Made by a program: the position numbers and the translations under genes. This document shows positions 39,701 to 47,515 of a stretch of 64,000 nt of DNA, piece after piece. The notes under the pieces are model-generated. The model was not told the origin of the DNA. It saw only the letters and a program-made list of their open reading frames with translations, and did not search any database. The stretch is from Planctomycetes bacterium UBA7888 (GTDB taxonomy: Bacteria > Planctomycetota > UBA1135). Position 1 is the first letter of the stretch; each line of letters opens with the position of its first letter. The DNA lies in the NCBI GenBank assembly GCA_002500505.1, contig DLRM01000008.1, positions 50,700-114,699 of the forward strand. Direction: 5' to 3'.

Positions 39701-39850
39701 TCCATTGGTCACCTCAACAATGAGCATCGAAGTAGAGGTTGCGTTGTTGTCCGCTCCGTTTGCGTTGTCATTTTCATCGGAATTGAAGCAGGCGGCCACA
39801 AGGGTCAAAGCGGTTAAGGCAACGGTGCGGAAAAGGATTCGACTAGTCAT
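36737..39850 (-). CDS. Large surface lipoprotein with Ig-like region and YVTN-like beta-propeller
   Basis: Lipobox LVAA-C21; PRDLAMAPD...LAVSNGGTNSVTFID propeller blades; acidic, Gly/Pro-rich. Confidence 0.75.
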   Translation of the reverse strand: MTSRILFRTVALTALTLVAACFNSDENDNANGADNNATSTSMLIVEVTNGFGRMLPHLVHKVNPDGSISTDQLVEIRDLDTLLANTPSALNPVLPPAAWPTSAIIPSGQNGNHFVSVKFSRTLETDSVLDPSAGGLSNNGLTGAVQVVAYDPSTGLSTQLDGQGFVGGSTYNGNPPVLEQWVSQDGFNHVLVDTVDRNGILVQPGVGYPGTDIGVLSGSFPAAGDLVRGNVFTFVMDADNDLSTFETFPEDVVIRVVIDDSVLSWDSRQLVDPGVATSTVGNDITPPAVLLDGDGGDFVTQPVNYAINVSCDQEVHFHMDESCQPYSLGPLPATVPPALSSEFTVEFLPGVPPGFPQPGQKVKVPYTVMPVSPFDFTEFIVTPVVPFPGSDPQGSAAQAFITYFDNSAEDLFFNNDTNSLETVDIEFEVDGECPGIVNAPVAPGAIYIASNGGGETGGMRVLDLDGFGQGTGDPTHNEIDPFYDLGDISKFPFNPNLTSPQGSFMFPPLSHDNTTLAGGSAGVFTLAKDSRLSTQLMTSESLGTVADMMIGHPLDLLFNNWDCLSGGQNLCASSAFQIHPYNGNIIYPGNSISHAPHPNPPRIRLAPSCFAPLIMTEEPTFGDAGGGHAVNLLVPGNPFGTIGGAGPTGLLTTMLTYAGFYGPQATSSSCYAGTAAVGFTLRQKVGHMLYVLDSAGNRIVVVNSNRMVVMDTISVPDPRDLAMAPDMNLLAVSNGGTNSVTFIDTNPTSPNFHTVVHSTSLVDTVNNRVGIGPGEIVWQPDDEDVLVVCEASNSMALISTGDLEVRKIIPGVAQPRLIAVTNRDTAAHPFWTGLYFAFVISEDGQTTIFESGPDGIQGIGFDTFIGVPSLIGQSGFESAMVIQPNSNSMQHGVYIAYRKDAKASVAELYLKDAPATPRQTALNGFLPDPSFRSKEFSINREFIGNLSSSTIVDIAMDDLSNFGGFSQVTSMTAGAKTVNHSSKSLYRTLAGAVSKPRFLFVANANGKLDIIELATGNLYVDSISIPGAQVLASYWRQ

Positions 39851-40032
39851 TCTTTTGTGAAGGGAATCTTGGGGGCTCTTCGCTAGGAAGGGGCAACAAT
39901 CATGCCATCTCCTAGGGGGCCAGAACCACCTAGAAAGAGGGCAATTTGTGCACTAGAGTGTGCATTTCCGCACATTCTAGAGCTCCCATTCTAGGCAGCT
40001 CCCTAGCATCGGCTACAGAATACTAGGAAGGG
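39843..40032. repeat. CTAG-rich region with short tandem and direct repeats
   Basis: Nine CTAG sites; CATTCTAG x2, AGCTCC x2, CTAGGAAGGG x2. Confidence 0.75.
39893..39907 (-). promoter_or_regulatory. Sigma-54 (-24/-12) promoter of the large lipoprotein gene
   Basis: Minus strand TGGCATGATTGTTGC, exact GG-N10-GC, 43 nt upstream of the ATG. Confidence 0.75.
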
Positions 40033-40072
40033 ATTGGATTATAGGGTGAATTTTGGGCAGAATCAGGGGGAC

Positions 40073-41092
40073 ATGAGTCCCTCCTCGGCCTTTCAACCCG
40101 CCTCCCGCCAGGGAGAAGAGGCCCTCGAACGGGATCTTCGCCCAGCTGGCTTCGAAGATTTTTTAGGTCAGGAAGCCCTTTTGGACCCCTTAGAATTGAT
40201 GATTCAGGCGGCCACCGAACGGGGTGAAACGCTGGAACATCTTTTGTTTTCAGGACTTCCGGGCCTTGGAAAGACAAGCCTAGCCCTTGCCTTGGCGAAT
40301 GAACTCCAAGCACCCCTAAAGGTGACCACCGGTCCTGCAATGGAGAGGGCCAAGGATTTAGTTGGAATCCTGAGTTCCCTTGAACCTGGTTCAATCCTCT
40401 TCATTGACGAGATTCACCGCCTCCCCAAGGTGGTCGAAGAGTACCTTTATGGTGCCATGGAGCGGTTTTGCGTTGAATTCACTCTTGACCAAGGGGTACA
40501 TGCGCGCCTCTTGAAATTAGATATCCAGCCCTTCACTTTGGTGGGTGCAACGACCCGAGAGGCCCTCCTTTCTGCCCCCTTCCGGTCTCGATTCGGTCAA
40601 GTATTCCGCTTTGAGCCCTACTCCCCTGAAGCCTTGGAACTCATTCTCGCGCGCTCGGCAGGAATCCTTGGTTTGGACTCTGCCCCTTCGGCCCTTTCCT
40701 TGCTGGCTACTCATTCTCGAGGAACTCCTCGCGTAGCGAACCGCCTTTTGCGGAGAGCCCGAGATGTTGCCCAGATTGAAGGTAATGGAAAGCTAGACGA
40801 GAAAGCTGTCCGGAGAAGCTTCGAGCTCATGGGAATTGACTCCTTTGGCTTGGAACGAACTGACCGCCGAATTTTGGAGGCTCTAGCTCTAAACGAAGGG
40901 CGACCCTTAGGATTAAAAAACTTGGCCGTTGCCGTAGACGAAGGGGAAGACACCTTAGAAACGGTGCATGAACCTTGGCTGGTTCGCGAAGGTTACATTG
41001 CGAGAAGCCCCCAAGGCCGCATCTTGCTTGAAGCAGGCTGGTCCGCATTGGGAAAAACATCATCTTCGCAACCCTCTCTTGAGCTTGAATGA
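40073..41092 (+). CDS. ruvB: Holliday junction helicase RuvB
   Basis: LRP, GLPGLGKT, FIDEIHRL, FTLVGATT, RGTPRVANRLLRR motifs. Confidence 0.97.
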   Translation: MSPSSAFQPASRQGEEALERDLRPAGFEDFLGQEALLDPLELMIQAATERGETLEHLLFSGLPGLGKTSLALALANELQAPLKVTTGPAMERAKDLVGILSSLEPGSILFIDEIHRLPKVVEEYLYGAMERFCVEFTLDQGVHARLLKLDIQPFTLVGATTREALLSAPFRSRFGQVFRFEPYSPEALELILARSAGILGLDSAPSALSLLATHSRGTPRVANRLLRRARDVAQIEGNGKLDEKAVRRSFELMGIDSFGLERTDRRILEALALNEGRPLGLKNLAVAVDEGEDTLETVHEPWLVREGYIARSPQGRILLEAGWSALGKTSSSQPSLELE

Positions 41093-42306
41093 ACACGGCT
41101 AAGTTTCTTCCGCGCTTTGCGGGCTTATTTGCTTTTGTTCTTCTTATATGGACTGCAAGCCGGCTGCATGATTCACAAGCTTTGGGCGCCAGAGGCATTC
41201 CAATTGTGGACTTGGAAACCGCAGAAATTCCTGTCCGCATTGAAAAATGGTCTACTGCTAGGCCAATACCCTTGCAGTTGTTAGGCGAATGGACCTTAGT
41301 CGCCCCGAATGGAACCACTCTTCATCAAGGGCATTCTTTTGAAGGGTTCCTCCGCCTTGAACCGGATGGTGCACACCTCGGCTCTTGGTCAGTTTCTATA
41401 GATCGTTTTTCTTTAGTCCCGAGTGGTGATTCCGGTCTGCGACTGGGCAGCCGAACTTATCGAGGCCGTCTGGAAATCCAAGTCTATCGAGACAACAAAA
41501 ATCTCCCTTCCAAGTTTGAGATTCAACTTCATTTGCCGATTGAGGATTACATTCTTGGGGTAGTTTGTGGCGAAATGGCAACTCGAACCGAGGGAGGCGA
41601 GGAGGCTTTCAAAGCCCAAGCCATTGCTGCCCGCACTTACGCACTTTGGAGATTGGCCGGGGGTCGACAAAGCCTTAGTGATGGCCCGGCAGATCAACGC
41701 TTCGAAAGCGTTGACTTTGAAACGCAATCGGCGCGTGATGCTGTTGCTAGCACTCGGGGCCAAGTGCTTCTTTGGAATCGGCGCCTTCTCCCTGCCTGGT
41801 ACCACGCCGCCCCGGGCGAGCAAACCTCAAACGCCTGTGACGCTGGCTTCCTTCAAAAAGATTTGCCTCCCCTCGTTGGCAGTGAAGAGCCTCAAGAAGC
41901 TTGGGAGCCACCTTGGACTTTTGTCGTTCCCTTTGAGCGATTGGATGCCTTAGCTGCCGAACATAACATTGGCGCATGGGTGTCTAAAATTCAATTATTA
42001 AAACGCGACAAAGGAGGGCGGATATTGAAAGCCCGAGTGGATGGAGAAAACGGTTCCGTTCGGCTCTTTGGCGAACAACTCCGATGCGCCTTGGGCCCCC
42101 CATCGGCGCTTTGGGATCGTTTGCAACCCCTTCCCGACGGCGGACTCGAAATCCAAGGTCGAGGCCGTGGGCATGGACTTGGCTTAAGCCAGCGAGGAGC
42201 TGTCGCACTCTCCCAAAGAGGACTCTCTTGTTCGGCTATTCTCGCCCACTATTACCCGGGCGCAGAAATCACCTCCTATCACCGCTTTCCCGAACTCCTC
42301 CCTTGA
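41089..42306 (+). CDS. SpoIID/LytB domain protein (lytic transglycosylase family)
   Basis: YRG, EDYILGVVCGEM, KAQAIAARTYA, GRGHGLGLSQRGA, ILAHYYPG motifs. Confidence 0.92.
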   Translation: MNTAKFLPRFAGLFAFVLLIWTASRLHDSQALGARGIPIVDLETAEIPVRIEKWSTARPIPLQLLGEWTLVAPNGTTLHQGHSFEGFLRLEPDGAHLGSWSVSIDRFSLVPSGDSGLRLGSRTYRGRLEIQVYRDNKNLPSKFEIQLHLPIEDYILGVVCGEMATRTEGGEEAFKAQAIAARTYALWRLAGGRQSLSDGPADQRFESVDFETQSARDAVASTRGQVLLWNRRLLPAWYHAAPGEQTSNACDAGFLQKDLPPLVGSEEPQEAWEPPWTFVVPFERLDALAAEHNIGAWVSKIQLLKRDKGGRILKARVDGENGSVRLFGEQLRCALGPPSALWDRLQPLPDGGLEIQGRGRGHGLGLSQRGAVALSQRGLSCSAILAHYYPGAEITSYHRFPELLP

Positions 42307-43439
42307 GCTTTCAGTTTGAACTCGCTGATTCTTGTGCACCGAAAGGCCCTCGCCTAGGCCGCTTTCAAACTCCCCATGGCGCGGTCCAAACCCCGGCATT
42401 TATGCCAGTGGCCACTCGCGGCATGATGCGCGGCGTGTCCCATGATCGATTGCGGCCCATGGGCACAGAAATGATACTCAGCAATGCCTTTCACCTTTTC
42501 GTGCGACCGGGAGTCGAAAGCGTGCAAAAGCTTGGCGGCATCCATGGGATGACGGCCTGGGACGGCCCCATTCTCACCGACAGTGGGGGCTTTCAGGTTT
42601 TCTCCATGTCCGATATTTGCAAACTCCACGAAGACGGAGTCAAGGTCGAGAACCCCATCCGGGGCGGCTGGATTGATTGGACTCCCAAAATGGCCTTTGA
42701 GGTGCAGGCAAGTTTGCGCCCGGATGTATCCATGGTTCTAGACCACTGTCCAGCTAAACCATCGGAGCGTAATGAAGTCGCCCCGGCTGTGGAACGAACT
42801 TTGCGTTGGGCGAAGGAACAACGCGATCTTCATAACGCCCGAGGTGGAGCCGATAGTGGTCAAGCTCTGTTTGGAATCGTTCAGGGAGGCATTTTTGATG
42901 ACCTTCGCTCTGAATGTGCCACTGGGCTGCGGGAGATGGACTTTGACGGCTATGCCATCGGTGGCGTTTCAGTCGGTGAAGCCCATGCCGAAATGATGAC
43001 GGCGGTGGAAGCTTCCGCGGCTCACTTACCCGAAAACAAAGTCCGTTACTTGATGGGTGTTGGCACGCCCATCGACCTTGTGGAGTCAGTCGCCCGCGGG
43101 GTGGATTTGTTTGATTGTGTTTTCCCCACCCGAACGGGTCGCTTTGGAACCGCACTAACGCATAATGGACGCCTACATCTTCTCAATGCCGGCTTCAGAG
43201 AAGACACTAACCCGATTGAGCCGGGCTGCGCCTGCCCTTCTTGCCTTTCCAAGGTGCCGCGCGGCGCCATTCGAGCTGGTTTTCAATCCAAAGAAATCAA
43301 TTCTTCCATGCTTGTTGCAGTCCATAACTTATTTTTTATTCTTCAGCTAATGCAACGCATCCGCGCATCGATTGCCGAAGGTAGCTTTGAAGAATTGAGA
43401 GCAGATATTGCTCGAGTTTACCGTCCAAGATCCACATAA
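42303..43439 (+). CDS. tgt: tRNA-guanine(34) transglycosylase
   Basis: TPAFMPV, DSGGFQVFS, GIVQGG, YLMGVG, DLFDCV, CxCxxC...H. TTG start overlaps the upstream TGA. Confidence 0.96.
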   Translation: MSFQFELADSCAPKGPRLGRFQTPHGAVQTPAFMPVATRGMMRGVSHDRLRPMGTEMILSNAFHLFVRPGVESVQKLGGIHGMTAWDGPILTDSGGFQVFSMSDICKLHEDGVKVENPIRGGWIDWTPKMAFEVQASLRPDVSMVLDHCPAKPSERNEVAPAVERTLRWAKEQRDLHNARGGADSGQALFGIVQGGIFDDLRSECATGLREMDFDGYAIGGVSVGEAHAEMMTAVEASAAHLPENKVRYLMGVGTPIDLVESVARGVDLFDCVFPTRTGRFGTALTHNGRLHLLNAGFREDTNPIEPGCACPSCLSKVPRGAIRAGFQSKEINSSMLVAVHNLFFILQLMQRIRASIAEGSFEELRADIARVYRPRST

Positions 43440-44956
43440 ACACCATCGGTTTTGCGGGCGAGATCAATCATGAAATCTTTTTTGAACTCGCCAATCGAAA
43501 CCGTATGAATCACGACTCTCCGAAAGCGGTTGAACTCCAAAATAGCGGCCAAAATGTCGTCTGGCTCTACAATCTCGCCAACGCTAGGTATTCCATCAGA
43601 CAAAAAGAAAACGGTGTCCACACCTTTGCTTTTTTCAACCGCCCCGGGCGTTATCAAAGCTGTTTCCATTTTTGGATCCACGCCAAGGGCTTGGCAAAGC
43701 GCACCATAAGTGTTGGTCCGACCTTTCCCTAATGCGGCGGCTCCTGTCAAACCTGCTTGAGCCATTTCACTTGCCGCTGCGCCGCCAATAGGTTCCAACT
43801 TCCGTAGAAAGTCCAGGGCACTTCGCTTATTGAGAGAGTTGGCCGGGACGCGCTTTTTACGCCAGGGTTCTACTTCCGAGGCAAAGGCAAGGATGTTGAA
43901 ATAAACATTGGATCCCAAACTCTCAATGGCCTTCATCACCTCCTTGCGAACAATCTCCATCTTTTCGAATCGTGTGAACCCCTTTTCTCGAAAGTTGTCG
44001 CGATCTACCACAAATTCTTCCATAGACCCCGAAATGTCAATCACGAAAACGACATGTTCACTTGGAGTATCCACCCCCACAAAGCTCCCTGTCTTTTTAC
44101 TGGGCCTATACAACTCATTCGTAGTTTTTCGGGCAGCCCTTCGCCTGGCGATTTCGTCGGAGGCCGGCAAGACATAGTTCTCCTCCGAACGAGCCCACCA
44201 TTTTTTCCATAAGGACGGTTCGTCCGAATATTGAAGGTCCGTTATTTCAATGAGGGTTGGGTAAACCAATTCCAGAACGCGTCCACTTGCCGAGTCCATC
44301 ATCTCAATCAAAGGGGCAATGGCCTCCTTCACTCGGATTTTTTGAAGGGCTTTGCATGCGGCAGCTTGGACAGGCAAAGAAGGGTGCGCAAGACAAGCGA
44401 CAGCGGGTGGGCCGGCAACTTCTTCAAAGCCCTCTCCCATCCCGGCTAGTGCATTCAAGGCAGACACTCGAACCGTTGCAGACTTGTCCTCTCCCGCAAG
44501 AACGGCCAAAAAGGGAACCGCTTCGGTGTCTTGAAAGCGCCCCGCTGCATAAGCAGACCAAAGACGCACCTCCTCTGAGCGAGATTCCAAATGAGGGCGG
44601 ATTAGCGGAGCGTATTCCGTCCATCCCCCATCTCCCGCAACTCGTAAGAGAAGATGAAATACATTCTTAGGCTTTCCTTTTTCAACGGATTCCATTAATG
44701 AAGCCCGAAGTTCCGGCTTGGATAAAGACACCAGGACTTCGTGTGCCGCAAGAGCAACGGGTGGTTCTTTGTGGACCAAGAGCGGAAGCAAAAGCTTGGC
44801 AATACTGGGGTCATCAATCCCTTTAAGGGCATGGACATATTCCACCTTTTCCATCGTGTCCTTAGACCGCTTGAAATACTTTTTAAAATCCCGCACGGTC
44901 TCATCCTGTTGAGGGGCGAGAAGAGGGATCAAAAGGAGGATAGGGCTAAGCGCCAT
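43418..44956 (-). CDS. Exported HEAT-repeat plus VWA domain protein
   Basis: HEAT helices; W-x-x-WW linker; MIDAS DISGSM, FLSDG. Confidence 0.85.
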   Translation of the reverse strand: MALSPILLLIPLLAPQQDETVRDFKKYFKRSKDTMEKVEYVHALKGIDDPSIAKLLLPLLVHKEPPVALAAHEVLVSLSKPELRASLMESVEKGKPKNVFHLLLRVAGDGGWTEYAPLIRPHLESRSEEVRLWSAYAAGRFQDTEAVPFLAVLAGEDKSATVRVSALNALAGMGEGFEEVAGPPAVACLAHPSLPVQAAACKALQKIRVKEAIAPLIEMMDSASGRVLELVYPTLIEITDLQYSDEPSLWKKWWARSEENYVLPASDEIARRRAARKTTNELYRPSKKTGSFVGVDTPSEHVVFVIDISGSMEEFVVDRDNFREKGFTRFEKMEIVRKEVMKAIESLGSNVYFNILAFASEVEPWRKKRVPANSLNKRSALDFLRKLEPIGGAAASEMAQAGLTGAAALGKGRTNTYGALCQALGVDPKMETALITPGAVEKSKGVDTVFFLSDGIPSVGEIVEPDDILAAILEFNRFRRVVIHTVSIGEFKKDFMIDLARKTDGVYVDLGR

Positions 44957-44979
44957 GGGGAGACTAGGATAACGGCCTC

Positions 44980-45840
44980 ATGGACCTCACCCTTTCCTCA
45001 CATCTTTTGGTGTATCGCCCTATGGAGGAGGCTGCCTTGGCACAAATGGCATCCAGCGGTTTTTCAAAAATTGAGGTTTGGCTAGCGGAGCCCCATGTCC
45101 CCTGGCGAAGCGAACGGGGCCTAGAAAAGTTTCGAGCCCAACTTGCCGCACATGGCTTGCGGGCTGGGAGCGTGCACTTGCCTTTCTATCCGTCCGTCCA
45201 TGAACTTTTTAATGAGGGGAAGAAGTGGTCCCTTCTGGCTCCTGCAAATCTAGACCGCAAAACAGCTCTAGAGGGTGCCGCTGAAGGCATTCGAGCAGCT
45301 TCTTTTTTGGGAGCTGACTGTGCCGTCCTCCATTTAGGTTGGCCGGGCGATGCTTGGAGCACCGAGCATCACGCTTGGGCCCGTGATGCGGTAGCCGAGC
45401 TCCTACCCGTTGCGAGGGCATGTCAGGTCCAACTATTGTTGGAAAATATTATTTCCAAAGGCACTCGAACGAGCTCCTTGGCCAAACTTCTAGATGAAGT
45501 GGACCCCGCAGGTGAAGCCGGAATCTGTTTGGACTTGGGACATGCCCATGTTGAAGGCAATGTATTGGAAGAGCTTCAATACGCCATCCCCCGCTTGGCC
45601 CATCTTCATGTTCATGACAATGATGGCACCTGCGACTCCCACTTTGCACCGGGACAAGGCACGATTCCTTGGTTGGATGTTCTGCGCGCTTTAGACGAGG
45701 GTGGATTCCAGGGGCAAGCGGCTTTGGAGTTGCGTGACTTTAGTAAAGGGAGTGATTGTGCCACGGATGTCCTCAATTTAGAGCTTGGGCACGTCCATGA
45801 TTTCCGAGCCCGTTGCGCATCAGAAGGAATCAATCTATGA
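44980..45840 (+). CDS. Sugar phosphate isomerase/epimerase (xylose isomerase-like TIM barrel)
   Basis: LLEN, DLGH, HVHDN, LE metal ligands. Confidence 0.88.
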   Translation: MDLTLSSHLLVYRPMEEAALAQMASSGFSKIEVWLAEPHVPWRSERGLEKFRAQLAAHGLRAGSVHLPFYPSVHELFNEGKKWSLLAPANLDRKTALEGAAEGIRAASFLGADCAVLHLGWPGDAWSTEHHAWARDAVAELLPVARACQVQLLLENIISKGTRTSSLAKLLDEVDPAGEAGICLDLGHAHVEGNVLEELQYAIPRLAHLHVHDNDGTCDSHFAPGQGTIPWLDVLRALDEGGFQGQAALELRDFSKGSDCATDVLNLELGHVHDFRARCASEGINL

Positions 45841-46778
45841 CTCCTCTTCTTGATTTGCCACTTGCTTCTTTTGAGCCCCTCACGCCGGAAGCCAGCGACC
45901 GTCGATATTTCCGCGCTGCGGATAAAGCGGAAACCGATATCCCTTGGTTAAGAGTGGAAACCCAAACTCCCCCACCTTGTGCCACTGCAGAGTGGTTAAC
46001 TTCAGCGGGAGTTCGCACACCCCGTTTTGGCTCAGCTCGTGAAGGACGCTATTTAGTCGAAGACCTAGGGGATATTCACTTGTGTCACGAGCCCACCCCT
46101 TCTCACTACGAAAAAGTCCTTCGCCTAAGAGCGAAGTTTGCCCCGCACTCTCTTCCTACGGAACATCCCAACGCAAGCCTTGCCTTAGATGAAGACTTAT
46201 TTCTTCGCGAACTAGCGTTATCTTCAAAACATGGTCGAGCTCCTGAACCTTTATGCGCAGCTCTTGCCCACGAGGCCGCAAAGGGTCCTCGACAGATTCA
46301 ACACCGCGACTTTCATTCTCGTAATATTCTTCTATTAAAAAAGGACGATTCGGTTGGGGAAGCCACGCCGACTGAACTTGCTTTGATTGACCACCAGGAC
46401 TTGCGCACGGGCCCACTCTTTTACGATTTGGCTTCGCTTTGGACGGATGCGTATGTGGACTACTCCGACGCCGTCCGCGCCCTTCTTTTGGAAGAGTGTT
46501 TCCATGTTGGCGAAAAAGCACACCTCGACCCAACCCAAAGTGCACACTTCTTTCTTGTGACCGCTCTTCAAAGAATCGTCAAAGCCCTCGGCACTTTTGG
46601 CCGACTTCTTGAGGCGGGGCGCGGGGATTACCGTGGGCCCGAAACACGAGCCTTTCAACGAGTCCAAGCCCTTCTAGCCCCTGAAAGAGCTCCAGAGGGA
46701 CTTTTCGTGAAACCCCATTTTGCGCCGGACTGGGAAAAGTGGAGAATATTCTTCTCCGAATCAGCCGCCACCCCATGA
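45837..46778 (+). CDS. AmgK-like aminoglycoside phosphotransferase-fold sugar kinase
   Basis: ASDRRYFR, EDLGD, HRDFHSRN, IDHQD, YDLASL, KALGTF motifs. Confidence 0.85.
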   Translation: MTPLLDLPLASFEPLTPEASDRRYFRAADKAETDIPWLRVETQTPPPCATAEWLTSAGVRTPRFGSAREGRYLVEDLGDIHLCHEPTPSHYEKVLRLRAKFAPHSLPTEHPNASLALDEDLFLRELALSSKHGRAPEPLCAALAHEAAKGPRQIQHRDFHSRNILLLKKDDSVGEATPTELALIDHQDLRTGPLFYDLASLWTDAYVDYSDAVRALLLEECFHVGEKAHLDPTQSAHFFLVTALQRIVKALGTFGRLLEAGRGDYRGPETRAFQRVQALLAPERAPEGLFVKPHFAPDWEKWRIFFSESAATP

Positions 46779-47485
46779 CCGCCCCAACCACCGCCCTCCT
46801 CCTAGCCGGAGGAAAAGCCACCAGACTCGGTGCCCTGCGAGAACAGTGGGCCAAGGCTTGTGTACCAGTAGGCAATACAACTCCTTTGGGTTTTTTGATC
46901 CCTCGACTCGCCGCTGCGGGAGTGGAAAGGATTTGGATTAATCTTCATTTCCGCCCTGAACAAGTTCGGGAAGAAGCCGAGCGTATTGCCCCAGAGGGGC
47001 TCGAACTTCGCTTCCTCCGCGAAAAGGAACTATTAGGAACAGGTGGCACTTTACTTCAGGTTTCTTCTTTGGATGTTCTCCCCGATTTGGTTGTGAACGC
47101 AAAATTGTTTACCGACTTTCCCTTTGAGGACTTACTTCGAAGCCAGGAACCGGGCGTGGTCCTGCACCCAGGAAACGACCTCCCCACTTTCGGTGGACTA
47201 CACCATCAAAACGGTTTAGTCGCAGGCTTCGCTCCCAAAGGCACGCCGCACTCTGATGACGCCGCTGTTTTTACCGGCATTTGCCGACCCTCTCCTTCCT
47301 GGCTTTCCTACCTGCGCAAATCCGAACATGGGGGCACTCTCTGCATGGTGCGTGACGGTCTCCTCCCCGCCCTTGCCGATGGCCATCCTTGTAAGGCTCA
47401 CCTCCACGACGGCTGGTGGCACGAAATCAGTACCCCCGACCGCGTGGACGCCGCCCGAGACCTGCTTGGGCATCCAACCGATTAA
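46775..47485 (+). CDS. MurU-like sugar-1-phosphate nucleotidyltransferase
   Basis: LLAGGKATRL, INLH, ELLGTGG, FTGI, W-x-EISTP motifs. Confidence 0.8.
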   Translation: MTAPTTALLLAGGKATRLGALREQWAKACVPVGNTTPLGFLIPRLAAAGVERIWINLHFRPEQVREEAERIAPEGLELRFLREKELLGTGGTLLQVSSLDVLPDLVVNAKLFTDFPFEDLLRSQEPGVVLHPGNDLPTFGGLHHQNGLVAGFAPKGTPHSDDAAVFTGICRPSPSWLSYLRKSEHGGTLCMVRDGLLPALADGHPCKAHLHDGWWHEISTPDRVDAARDLLGHPTD

Positions 47486-47515
47486 ACCAAATCTTCAGGC
47501 TCTCCACCGCAGGAG

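Noticed and set aside
39843-40032. CTAG repeats as a CRISPR array or IS end
   Set aside because: Repeats are too short and irregularly spaced; no cas or transposase gene in the window.
42084-42302. N-terminal extension of tgt
   Set aside because: Overlaps the SpoIID gene in another frame; TTG 42303 fits the family start.
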